Source: a virus
Direction: 5' to 3' (one strand)
IMG/VR virus record: IMGVR_UViG_3300036820_000008
Coordinates: 1-64,000 of that record
DNA length: 64,000 nt
Below, in pieces: positions 20,541 through 29,656 of this stretch. The translations under genes were made by a program, and so were the position numbers. A model generated the notes under the pieces. That model was not told where the DNA came from, made no database searches, and was given only the letters and a program-made list of their open reading frames with translations. The first letter of the stretch is position 1; each line of letters begins with the position of its first letter.

Positions 20541-21419
20541 TTAGAAGGGTGGCTCTTCGTCGTACCCGGCCGTGGACCGTCCCTTAACCCTACCGCGCGC
20601 TACCGGCTTAGCGGTAGCCTTTCGGGCGGTCGTCTTAACCGGAGCAGAGCTCGCACGTACGGGCTTAGCGGCCGTCGGCTTAGGGGTAGCGGGCTTCCCG
20701 GCCGCCGACCGCGTACCGGGCCGCTTAGCGGGCTTGACGGGAGGGGCAGGTTCCTCCTCTTCCTCCTCGTCCACGTAGTCCTCTAGGTCCTCCTCCTCAT
20801 CCTCCTCTCCATCTCCCAGATCCTCCTCGCCCTCATCCTCGTCCTCCTCAGAGTCCTCCTCTTCCTCGTCATCCTCCTCGTAGTCGTCATCGTCCTCGTC
20901 CTCCTCGTCTTCATCATCATCCAGTGGCTCGTACTCGAGCCAGGAGTCGACTCCGGTGACCCACTCGCCGTCGCGCCGCTCGCGCTTGGTCACGATCATG
21001 ACTGCGGTGCTGTCCTCGCCGACCACCCAGTCCTTGCCGATCTTCTTGATCGGGGACCCAATGTTGTCGTCGTCATCGCTGACGAATATGATCCTGTTCT
21101 TGATGGCCAGTAGCGTCAGGCCCGTTGCCTGCAGGAATGGGAACCACCGGAACTTGGTGTTGGTCTGGAATGCGATGTTGTCCCAGACACCCAGCCCTTC
21201 ATACTTGCCCGATTCCTCGCTGGCCTCGAAGATCACCTTGAGCATTGAAGCGCCAGCGCCGGACTCTGTCAGCCACGCCTTCTTGATCAGGCCGCGAAGG
21301 ATCGTCCCCTTCGGAGGCTGCTCGCCGGTGTACGGCTTGAACTGAGACTCTTCGTCGAACTCGGCATTCTCGAGCTCATCGATGTCCATCTGCTCATCTG
21401 GTACCTTGAACCTAGGCAA
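20541..21419 (-). CDS. Putative ssDNA-binding protein (DUF669-like) with acidic then basic tail
   Basis: Follows the Cas4-like and AAA genes; ends in DEEPPF, an SSB-type tip. Confidence 0.65.
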   Translation of the reverse strand: MPRFKVPDEQMDIDELENAEFDEESQFKPYTGEQPPKGTILRGLIKKAWLTESGAGASMLKVIFEASEESGKYEGLGVWDNIAFQTNTKFRWFPFLQATGLTLLAIKNRIIFVSDDDDNIGSPIKKIGKDWVVGEDSTAVMIVTKRERRDGEWVTGVDSWLEYEPLDDDEDEEDEDDDDYEEDDEEEEDSEEDEDEGEEDLGDGEEDEEEDLEDYVDEEEEEEPAPPVKPAKRPGTRSAAGKPATPKPTAAKPVRASSAPVKTTARKATAKPVARGRVKGRSTAGYDEEPPF

Positions 21420-21780
21420 ACTATCCTGCCTTTCTATCCTGTTACGCCAGACACAAAGTCCGGCTCCCATCGGTACAGTACGCTTCGCAGGCAATGGCCG
21501 TTAGCGTCCTGTGGGCCGAGATCGCTCTCGGAGATCTTGATGTACTTCCCGCCATTGTCAACAAGGAAACCGGGTGCTGGCCATGACAGGTCTGATTCAT
21601 GGAAAAGTCTGTCGCCCGGATGTGGGCCACCTTCTGTACGGAGAATGAAGGTCTCGACGTCACGGTCCGACTTCGCTCTCTGCTGCGACATCTCCGAACG
21701 ATCCGAATGCATCGTCACGATCTACCCTCCTTATCCACACGAGTTGGAACCTGGCGCTGGTGCATATAGCACCAGATGTT

Positions 21781-22692
21781 TTATGCAGGAGTCTTCGGCC
21801 GCCTCCGCGGACGACGATGCAGTTGTGCAGAGTGCACTTGACGTACTTCGTCTCCGTCTGGTCGCTCGTCGAGGCTTCCCTGAATTCGCTCAATGATGCC
21901 ACGCATAGCTCCGTAATCGCCGTCGACAACGTCCACATAATCGCCAAGACAGTTGAACCTGTCCTTAGCATGGAACGGAGGCTCAGGCTGGGCCAGAGCA
22001 CGCCGCACCCTCTTGCCCTTGCTGCTCGCCTCAGCCGAAACACTGTAATAGAGATTGACGTCAGTCTGGGCGCATACATACTCGGCTATTGCGCCCTTCT
22101 TACCCTGGATGGCGGGGAGCACCCGCTCCTCTCCCTCTTCATCTTCACTCATCATCTGAGTTGCGATCAGGATCGAATTGTATTGCGCGTCGACTATGTG
22201 ATCGACGAACCGCATGAAACCGTTCTGCCACTTCTGGTGATCCTGGATAGCCGGGATGTCCAGGTCACGAGAACCGTTCTTGATGTTGTTCATCCTAAGG
22301 ATCCACCGAATGTACAGCATCTGCATTTTCGGCAGGCTGTCTACAACCATCCAGTCCTCAGGACCAAGCCTATCGTCGGCTACCTTGAGGCCAGCGACAC
22401 AGTGCTCCCAGGTGGGAACCCGAATCAGACCTGCTTTGTGCCCCGCGCGCTTCGCGGCGACAACTCCCTTCTCTGTCGAGAAGAATGTGGCGTTGGGAGC
22501 ACCGCCTGCGAGCACTGTCTTGCCCACGCCGCTCGGTCCGAATAGGAGGATGTTCTTGCTCTCGTCAAAACTTGCGAGGTCCTCGATCTCAACTTCGACC
22601 TCATCAACCTCCATGCTCTCCGGCTCTTCACGCTGAGCCCTCGAGGTTGCGCGAGCACCGCGCCTAGCACCACGTCTTGCAGGAGGAGCCAT
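21781..22692 (-). CDS. AAA_24/Sak4-like ATPase (recombinase)
   Basis: GPSGVGKT Walker A, VVDS Walker B, AKDR. Confidence 0.8.
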   Translation of the reverse strand: MAPPARRGARRGARATSRAQREEPESMEVDEVEVEIEDLASFDESKNILLFGPSGVGKTVLAGGAPNATFFSTEKGVVAAKRAGHKAGLIRVPTWEHCVAGLKVADDRLGPEDWMVVDSLPKMQMLYIRWILRMNNIKNGSRDLDIPAIQDHQKWQNGFMRFVDHIVDAQYNSILIATQMMSEDEEGEERVLPAIQGKKGAIAEYVCAQTDVNLYYSVSAEASSKGKRVRRALAQPEPPFHAKDRFNCLGDYVDVVDGDYGAMRGIIERIQGSLDERPDGDEVRQVHSAQLHRRPRRRPKTPA

Positions 22693-22719
22693 TTACTATG
22701 TTCCCTTCGGTCACGCCTA

Positions 22720-22747
22720 ATTATACCGCGAGATAGCCGTAATGCAA
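22720..22747 (-). promoter_or_regulatory. Housekeeping-type promoter for the AAA gene
   Basis: TTGCAT-N16-TATAAT on the minus strand. Confidence 0.55.
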
Positions 22748-22969
22748 AATTGACAGAAGCTTCGGTCGAAAGCGGTAATATCTACCCCTTTGGCTCTTCT
22801 ATCGTCCATTGATACTCGTTGTTCTCTATTTCATTAGCCAACTCTGGGTGCATCTGCAGATAGACAAGCAGGTCCTTGGGGCTATCGAATTGGACTTGCC
22901 TCAAGGTCTTTCGATGAGCGATGCTAACCGCAACTGACGCGGGCATGTGTAGCCCTACCTTTATCGACA

Positions 22970-23962
22970 TTATGCTGCCTTCCGATAACGGTCGTATGGG
23001 TCCTGGTCACCATTGAACTGAGCCCTAGCGATCTGCCTCCATGCGTCACCACCGCGCTCGTGAGCCTTACACATGATGAAGAACTCGCAGAATGTGCAGT
23101 CTTTCATTGTGCTCTTGATGACAGGCATTGTCCCGTCACGCATGGCATTCATCCATGTGACCTCATTGGCCAGACGCTCAAGCTGGGTCCTGCGCTCAGC
23201 TCGGCTGCGTTCAATCGGCTCAGGCCTGACGAATCTTTCCGGCGGCTGACGCTTGCTGACAGATCCATTCTGATTCAGGTAAGCGCCGCTCGCATCCCGC
23301 GGACGTTCATCAGCCCGACTCTTGCGCAGGAAATTATACTGAATTCCGGCGATTTCCTCGCCGTCCTTCAGTGTACCGTCCTTGCGCAGGATAGCCCCGG
23401 CCAGCGCCCAGTAGACGCCGCCCTGATCGTCGAGCTCGAGGTAAGCTGGCTGTATCTGGGAGGCAGTCTTGTGCTCCATCAGATAGATACGGCCGTCCCT
23501 TCTGTCACGGTATACGCCGTCCCACGTGCTCCAGAAGTGAGCGACAGAAATGCCCCTATATTTAACAAGGACTTTGAATGGTCGCTCGATAGCAAGAACG
23601 TCCCAGTGGTCGTCATTGCCGTAATTCTCGACGTATCCTTCCAGCATGGATACACCGAGTTCTCTGGCGTCGTCAAACTTTGCACGCTCACCTTCGGCTC
23701 GTTCGTGATCAGCCGGGGACACGAGTATGTGACGCTGCTCATCGCCAAGCCATTCAAGAAAGGTGTCAGCGGGATGCGGGCCACGTTTCTTCCCCTTCAG
23801 GTACCAGGCAGCTAGTGCCTCGTGGACTCCGATGCCGAACCAAAGTGCGTCTGGCACATCACCCTTTGGCACAAGACCGTCCACGTACCGCCAGTACCAC
23901 TTCTGCGGGCAACGTCGGAAACAGGTACGCTCGCTTGTCGTGACGATGGGCAGCGTCAGCAT
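22970..23962 (-). CDS. Cas4/RecB-like PD-(D/E)xK exonuclease
   Basis: RCP, G...H, D...EHKT, C-terminal CTFC-x5-C. Confidence 0.85.
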   Translation of the reverse strand: MLTLPIVTTSERTCFRRCPQKWYWRYVDGLVPKGDVPDALWFGIGVHEALAAWYLKGKKRGPHPADTFLEWLGDEQRHILVSPADHERAEGERAKFDDARELGVSMLEGYVENYGNDDHWDVLAIERPFKVLVKYRGISVAHFWSTWDGVYRDRRDGRIYLMEHKTASQIQPAYLELDDQGGVYWALAGAILRKDGTLKDGEEIAGIQYNFLRKSRADERPRDASGAYLNQNGSVSKRQPPERFVRPEPIERSRAERRTQLERLANEVTWMNAMRDGTMPVIKSTMKDCTFCEFFIMCKAHERGGDAWRQIARAQFNGDQDPYDRYRKAA

Positions 23963-23967
23963 CTCGA

Positions 23968-24546
23968 CTATACCGCCGCGTGGATGTTGTACACGCTCAC
24001 CACGACATCATCGAGTTTCTTCCATGCTGGAAAGAACTCCCACTCCTGCTGCTTCTTCTCGGTCTTCGTTCCGATCGTGAAATTGACCGGGTATTTCCTC
24101 CCGGCTTTTAGGGTGGTCGGCACGGTAATGAAGTACGTGCTCTTTCCCTGCTTGATGTCCATAAGCCACCCTTTATCGAATGGCGTGAACTCGATTAGGC
24201 TGTTGTAGTCGCCCGGCTTGGTGCCATAGAATATCTGCACCGCTTTCCTGCTCTTGATACGGGCGACCACGGCGTCCGGGTAAGACGCCAGATTGATGCC
24301 GCCGTCGTACGGAAGCCGGTACGAGAACCAGATCTGTGCCCTGTCTCCGCCAAGACACTTCATCAGGATAACCGGAAGGCCAGTAATTATTCCGGTGGCT
24401 GTCATACACCATCCAGGATTCCCGTTCGGGTGAATGAGACCGGTGGTGGTGTATGCCGGAGGCGCTTCATACGGGGCTGCCTGGACAGCGACGGTCGGTG
24501 ACATAAGCGACGCTGCGAGCGCCCCTACAGTTAGGAACGAAAGCAT
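23968..24546 (-). CDS. Secreted ricin-B-lectin-like protein
   Basis: Signal peptide; GWCM...C....AQIW; QEW. Confidence 0.55.
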   Translation of the reverse strand: MLSFLTVGALAASLMSPTVAVQAAPYEAPPAYTTTGLIHPNGNPGWCMTATGIITGLPVILMKCLGGDRAQIWFSYRLPYDGGINLASYPDAVVARIKSRKAVQIFYGTKPGDYNSLIEFTPFDKGWLMDIKQGKSTYFITVPTTLKAGRKYPVNFTIGTKTEKKQQEWEFFPAWKKLDDVVVSVYNIHAAV

Positions 24547-24605
24547 TTGATTCTCCGTAACTGGAAGTGCCCCGCCCGGGAGGCTATCCCAGGCGAGGCG
24601 GGTGA

Positions 24606-24914
24606 TCAGGATTCGTGGTGCTCGATGGCGCTCAGGCCGTCCTTGAGGCCCTGCGCGAGCCAGGAGCGCAGGCCGGGGTTCTCTTCCTGGAACTTGTCGA
24701 TGAAGGCGATGGCATGCTCCAGCTTGATAACGACTGGCTTGGCGTCAGATTCGGCCTTGCTGACGTCGGTGGCCAAGTTCTCGGCCTCTGCCGTTTCAGG
24801 CTTGGTCTCTTCGTCCGCCCTAGAATCGGCAGTAACGGTAGTCGGCACCGGGTCCGGCCTGCTCGTGTCGTTGGGCTCCGGCGTGACGGGCTTGGTCTCG
24901 TCTGTGTCAGCCAC
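24606..24914 (-). CDS. Hypothetical acidic protein
   Basis: GAGGAG RBS; GC-rich third codon positions. Confidence 0.55.
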   Translation of the reverse strand: MADTDETKPVTPEPNDTSRPDPVPTTVTADSRADEETKPETAEAENLATDVSKAESDAKPVVIKLEHAIAFIDKFQEENPGLRSWLAQGLKDGLSAIEHHES

Positions 24915-24945
24915 TTCTGTCTCCTCGTTGGATATGATGGTTAGG

Positions 24946-24999
24946 TGGGGGTAGCGGGCCGGACTTGAACCGGCAACCCACGCCGCTCTCGCTACCCCC
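24946..24999 (-). ncRNA. Mini tRNA-like RNA (acceptor-like stem plus T-arm only)
   Basis: GGGGGTAGCG-N15-GCCGG TTCAAGT CCGGC-C-CGCTACCCCC-A(CC). Confidence 0.5.
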
Positions 25000-25115
25000 T
25001 TGGGATCCCTGCGGCATCATCACGGGAAGAAGCTCGCAGGCGTCGCCGCTGTGGTGCACGACACGCAAGACACGACACGGACTCTAGGTGCGCCCATCTA
25101 CGAACTCCTTCCCTG

Positions 25116-25189
25116 TGGGGAGACTGGGGCTCGAACCCAGGACCTGAGGATTATGAGTCCCCGGCTCTGACCAGCTGAGCTACCTCCCC
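25116..25189 (-). tRNA. tRNA with anticodon CAT (Ile2 or elongator Met)
   Basis: Full cloverleaf: GGGGAGG...GGGGA CTCATAA TCCTC...CTGGG TTCGAGC CCCAG TCTCCCC A. Confidence 0.9.
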
Positions 25190-25195
25190 GTGTCT

Positions 25196-25768
25196 TCACT
25201 TGCTACCTTCGTCCTCCTTCCATTCCGGGAATATCAGGGCCGTCGTGTAGTTCTTTGTGTTGGACTTAAGCCAGTGGAGGGATGCTGTGTGCCTGGCGAT
25301 GACATGGTTCGGGAACGAAAGCTGATACCCGTGATACCCCGGCAGCCGAACCGCCCAGTGTCCGTCCTTCAGCTCGATGTAGTTCAGGACGAACAAGGTT
25401 TCGCCAGGATTCTTGTCCGGGTCAACTGCGCGAACAAGGTTGAGCGTCCCCTTCTGCCCTATGTCCAGTGGCTCTTCCTTGGCGAGCAGGGCGCATTCCC
25501 CGAAACCCCGAAATCTAGTACAGAAGAATGTCTGGAAGGCATCCTTCGGCACGCACTGAGCAGCGACGAGCGGTGTCCCCTCCTCCACGGTGTGCGGTGC
25601 CGTTATGCACCATCCGGGGTGAACCGACGACCGAATGAATCCGGTAGCATTAACACCCCTTGGGCCAGGCTTGGTCGGTGCGTGTGTAGACTCTGCCGAT
25701 GCAGCAGATGTCGACCCTGTGAGCAAGATAGCGGCCACGACTGCGATTGCTGCTGTCCTTGCCTTCAT
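25196..25768 (-). CDS. Secreted ricin-B-lectin-like protein, paralog of 23968-24546
   Basis: Signal peptide; TGFIRSSVHPGWCITA aligns with TGLIHPNGNPGWCMTA; both end in FPxWK. Confidence 0.6.
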   Translation of the reverse strand: MKARTAAIAVVAAILLTGSTSAASAESTHAPTKPGPRGVNATGFIRSSVHPGWCITAPHTVEEGTPLVAAQCVPKDAFQTFFCTRFRGFGECALLAKEEPLDIGQKGTLNLVRAVDPDKNPGETLFVLNYIELKDGHWAVRLPGYHGYQLSFPNHVIARHTASLHWLKSNTKNYTTALIFPEWKEDEGSK

Positions 25769-25983
25769 AGTCCCTTCCTGAATTCGTTAAACAGCCGGGC
25801 GCTCGTTTCCCTTGCCAGAGGAAAACGACCCGCCCGGCCCCGGACTGGCATCCAGTTGCAGCCACCCAGCTTAGAGGCTCGGCGCTTACCATTGAAGGTT
25901 GCTAGCCACTCCCCGATCTCCGCAGTCCCACCCTCTCCCGTTTGCGGGGTCAGCTGCACCAGAGCGGACGGCTAGCAACCCGG

Positions 25984-26066
25984 TGGTGGGTGCAGGACTT
26001 GAACCTGCGTAGGCTATGCCGACGGCTTTACAGACCGTTCCCTTTGCGCATCTCGGGCAACCCACC
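25984..26066 (-). tRNA. tRNA-Tyr(GTA)
   Basis: GGTGGGT...ACGGT CTGTAAA GCCGT, long variable arm, GCAGG TTCAAGT CCTGC ACCCACC A. Confidence 0.9.
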
Positions 26067-26215
26067 GGGTCCCTGTCCACCCCGCGAGAGTGGACAGGAT
26101 TCAATTGTTTGTGAAATTGTTGTGGCAGGGCGGGGTTCAACCCCAGCCGGAAGCACGGCGTTTGCGCGCCCCACCTTGGAACTGCGGTCGATCGTTGCTG
26201 CAATTGCTTCATCCG

Positions 26216-26289
26216 TAGCGGGGGTCAGATTTGAACTGACGACCTCTGGATTATGAGTCCAGCGAGCTACCAAACTGCTCCACCCCGCC
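26216..26289 (-). tRNA. tRNA-Met(CAT) with an initiator-like body
   Basis: GGCGGGGTGGAGCAG...GGTAGCTCG CTGGA CTCATAA TCCAG...GTCAG TTCAAAT CTGAC CCCCGCT A. Confidence 0.9.
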
Positions 26290-26471
26290 ATGCTCCTCAG
26301 GGACCCAACCGAGCAAGCTTCTCGACGACCCGACCGTAGTCGAGCACAATATACTATTGCGTCGATACTATCCTGCACGGCAGCTCACCTCCCAGCTGTG
26401 CCCCAACCCTGAGGAACCCCGACCGACCATATCTTACGTCCGCATTGTATCAACGGCCGGTCGGGAGCTTG

Positions 26472-27053
26472 CTAGTCCTGGCTATACGGGAATGCTTCCC
26501 GCTCTGGTGTTACAGGACGGTTGGGCACGTACCCCTCGGGTCGCTCTTCGTCGTTCAGCACTGGTTGCGGGCCGGTCTCGTGTACGTGGGCCATGCCATC
26601 ATGTGCATGGCCAGAACGCTCGCTCAGAATATCAGCGACAGGATCCGTCGTGGAGTAGACTTCCGCCTCGCTAGGGTCCTGTACGTCTGCTGGCACACGG
26701 CGCGGCAGCTTCCCGCTCTCGTGCCTTCCGGCCATCTCTCGCGCGTCCGGGTCCATGGGGGTGTCAACCAGATTGTCGCCGGGTAGCGTGACATTCTGGT
26801 AGTATGGCGGCCTAGGAGCGGCCTCCTCGGCCTTTGTCTCCTGGAACCTTTCCGGATCGTAGTTGTGCCTCGCGCTGTAGTGCTGGGCCTCAACGATGTG
26901 CATCCCGTTGAGCATCTTGTGCGTGACGTGGACGCTGGCTCCAAGCCGATCCTCGTGCCCTCCGATGACGTACTCGCCGTCGGGCAGATCCCCGTTTACC
27001 TGGGGCTCTGACAGGTTCCCGTCCTTGACCCTGAATGCGAACGTGTAGCTCAC
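26472..27053 (-). CDS. Hypothetical protein
   Basis: 193-aa ORF with AAGGAG RBS. Confidence 0.6.
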   Translation of the reverse strand: MSYTFAFRVKDGNLSEPQVNGDLPDGEYVIGGHEDRLGASVHVTHKMLNGMHIVEAQHYSARHNYDPERFQETKAEEAAPRPPYYQNVTLPGDNLVDTPMDPDAREMAGRHESGKLPRRVPADVQDPSEAEVYSTTDPVADILSERSGHAHDGMAHVHETGPQPVLNDEERPEGYVPNRPVTPEREAFPYSQD

Positions 27054-27061
27054 AACACTCC

Positions 27062-27613
27062 TTACTGGAACTGGTTGTCGGTGATGAACTTGATCCAGTC
27101 CGCTGGCTGCACCAGCGGCTGTGCTACGTTCTTCGGGTACCCCAGAACAGCCCTTGCATATCCGATTACGGCAGCGCTAGAACAGACGACATGCCCGGCC
27201 ACCTCGCCACGCCACGTCTCGGACCACGGATCCGGTATGTGCAGGTCACGGAGTCCGTCGTCGAAGATGGCATCCCAGTCATACCCGACGCCAAGCAGGC
27301 TTTTCATCGTTGCGCACACCTGAGCGCGCTGGGCGTCGGTCTTTGGCTGGTTGCGATTGGTCACGGTGTAAACACTGCCGAGATACCCCGTCGCGTCCTG
27401 CCAGCCAACGCCTCCCGGCCGCCCCTCTATGCACCACCATGTTCCCTTGGCATCCTGGTGGTCTAGAACGGCTATATGGTTTGCCGCGCATGCCTCGTCG
27501 ATAAGTGACGCGCCGATACGTATGAGTTCAGCGCCAGCACCGTCTGTGTGAATGGCCAGGACATCTCCGGCCTTTACGCCCTCTGTATTGAGGTGCCCTA
27601 TAGTCTCGGTCAT
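27062..27613 (-). CDS. Permuted papain-like (YiiX/NlpC-P60) amidase
   Basis: GDVL...HIAV...IE...G...YD...VCSS, with His preceding Cys. Confidence 0.7.
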   Translation of the reverse strand: MTETIGHLNTEGVKAGDVLAIHTDGAGAELIRIGASLIDEACAANHIAVLDHQDAKGTWWCIEGRPGGVGWQDATGYLGSVYTVTNRNQPKTDAQRAQVCATMKSLLGVGYDWDAIFDDGLRDLHIPDPWSETWRGEVAGHVVCSSAAVIGYARAVLGYPKNVAQPLVQPADWIKFITDNQFQ

Positions 27614-27878
27614 GTCCGGCCCTTTCGCATTAACGTTTTGTGGGTGGTGGCCCTGGTCCGTAGTCGCTCTTCACAGCCTACAACCCCTAAGAAGAGGCTG
27701 CTCGTCACGAGCCCAGCAGTCATAGTTCTCGATCAGATGGTCCCAGGTGTTACCCTGCGACTCGGCCACCACTATTCAATTGTTCGGTATGGTCCGGGTC
27801 CCAGCGTTCGCTTTGTCCGCTACGGCTGCATTGGAGATGGCTTAACGCCAGGACCCGGAGTATGCCGTCCGTCGCTAC

Positions 27879-29093
27879 TTAGCCGACGGTGTATGTGATG
27901 GTGATGGTGGATCCTATAACAGCCGGGGAGCCGCCAGCCGGTGTCTGGGCCGTAACGCTGCCCAGGTTGCCCGTACCGGAAGAGCTACCCGCCGCCACCT
28001 TGGGGACGAACCCGGCCGCCGTGATCAGGCTCTCGGCGTAGGCTAGGTCCTTGCGGCCGATCTCGTTGGGGGCCTTGACGGTCCCAACAGGAACGGTGTA
28101 TGTCAGCGACACAGTCGAGCCGGGGACTACCGCTGTGCCGGCCGCCGGGAACTGACTGGTGACCGTGCCCAGGTTGCCGACACCGGAGTTGCCCTTGTCC
28201 GCCGCCACTAGCCCCGCCGAGGTAACAGCGGCATTGGCGGTAGCCAGGTCGTGACGCCCGATCTCGTTGGGCACCGTGGCCGTCTTGGCCGGCATTGTGT
28301 TCACGAGGTTCTGGCCGTCGACGCTGGTCACGTAACCGGTGCCGCCGGGCGTCTGCCCGTCGCCGATGCCGATCCACGCCCAGACCTCTGGATCCTTGGT
28401 TCCGTTGTCCGTGCGATTGTTGAAGAACGCGAGGACCTGCTCCATGGTGAAGCTGTCGGTGTCCTCACCGGCGCAGGGGGTCTCGCTGGTGTTCGGGATG
28501 ACTGCGGTGCTCTGGCCCGACCAGACGCTGTTGAAGTCCGCGCAGTCGTCAGTGTTGTTGATCGCGCCCATGGCGGCCTTGTTGGTGCCGTCGTACGCCA
28601 CCGGAGTGTCACTGGAGCCGTGGTCGAGGAAAACGCTGTCGTTGGTCGGATCGTTGATGAACGGGAACCCCAGGTACGTTCCGGAGCCGTCCGTGCCGAA
28701 GTAGAGGTTGTACCCCTCCAGGTCCACGCCGTTGATGACCGGCGGGACGAACTGCCCATTGGTGTTGTACAGAGAATCGAGCGTTCCCAGCGGCACGACC
28801 ACGCCGACGTCAGCGCCGTCGGTGGTACTCACAGTGAAGTCCACGCCGTCAGCTCCCAGCGTCTGGCTGGCGTCGTGGTAGTCCAGCGGGGCATTGCTGA
28901 ACTCGTTGTGGGCGGACACGAATGCGCTGCTGGCGGCGAACTGGTAGTTGAACGCCTTGACATATGAGGTGTGCGGCGCGGCGACGGCCGCGTTCGCGAG
29001 CGAGGGCAGCGCAACAAGCCCGAGTGCGCATGTGGCAGTGACCACGAGGCCCACCAGCAACGCACGGATCTTACTGAACCTAGACATCTGCAT
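27879..29093 (-). CDS. Secreted protein with two C-terminal PASTA domains
   Basis: Signal peptide; two repeats of PNEIG...A...AG...G.V..Q.P..G.....GST. Confidence 0.8.
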   Translation of the reverse strand: MQMSRFSKIRALLVGLVVTATCALGLVALPSLANAAVAAPHTSYVKAFNYQFAASSAFVSAHNEFSNAPLDYHDASQTLGADGVDFTVSTTDGADVGVVVPLGTLDSLYNTNGQFVPPVINGVDLEGYNLYFGTDGSGTYLGFPFINDPTNDSVFLDHGSSDTPVAYDGTNKAAMGAINNTDDCADFNSVWSGQSTAVIPNTSETPCAGEDTDSFTMEQVLAFFNNRTDNGTKDPEVWAWIGIGDGQTPGGTGYVTSVDGQNLVNTMPAKTATVPNEIGRHDLATANAAVTSAGLVAADKGNSGVGNLGTVTSQFPAAGTAVVPGSTVSLTYTVPVGTVKAPNEIGRKDLAYAESLITAAGFVPKVAAGSSSGTGNLGSVTAQTPAGGSPAVIGSTITITYTVG

Positions 29094-29387
29094 CCTTCTC
29101 GGTTGAAACACTCGCCTCAGACGAGGGGAGCGGGAGGATCGGTCCTCCGGCGGGCTGCAGCGAACTTGAGCCAGCGCTGCAGCCTGCCGAGCGGCCGGTT
29201 TCTCCATTCAGAATGCTCCTTGCGGAGCACATACAGTTGGTCGCTGCTCTGAGTCTGCGCTATATCCGCCAGCACGTGTATGCCGTCCATCTGGCTCCTC
29301 TGTTCGGGGTCAGATCGAAAGTCGTATGGCTCAGTTGGCACGCCAGTCATGAGTGTTATGTGCTCTTTCACTTAGGGGTTGTGAAAT

Positions 29388-29497
29388 TGGACCCGGTCCG
29401 CAGGCAACAGCGTTGACTTACGCCGAGTGGCCGCCCCAGAGGAAATTTGGAGTTTCGGCCAGAAGGCTTCTCGTTCTCGCGTCACGTGCGGACCGGG
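29388..29497 (-). ncRNA. Candidate 110-nt structured RNA with 11-bp closing stem and 3' TCCA
   Basis: CCCGGTCCGCA...TGCGGACCGGG-TCCA; intergenic. Confidence 0.4.
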
Positions 29498-29656
29498 GGT
29501 TTCCGCCCTCCGGGAAGCAGAAGGTGGAGATTTTGTGGTCCCGACCCCACGGCCAGCGCGGAGCCGGGACCTATCGCCCTGCTGGTCGGAGTCCAGCTGA
29601 GCGGCGCTGGCTTTCAGGGTGTCCGCACGACCGCACTCCCCTTAGCCAGCACGTTC

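Noticed and set aside
22970-23962. CRISPR-Cas system suggested by the Cas4-like gene
   Set aside because: No repeat-spacer array or other cas genes; the context is the usual exonuclease-AAA-SSB recombination module.
24946-25100. tmRNA, or a 25-aa peptide ORF at 25020-25097
   Set aside because: There is no Ala-type G3-U70 acceptor or tag reading frame. The short ORF has an RBS but no other support.
27790-27858. Twister ribozyme or SRP RNA
   Set aside because: Only AAUGCAGC resembles twister; the other conserved segments, and the SRP domain IV motif, are absent.
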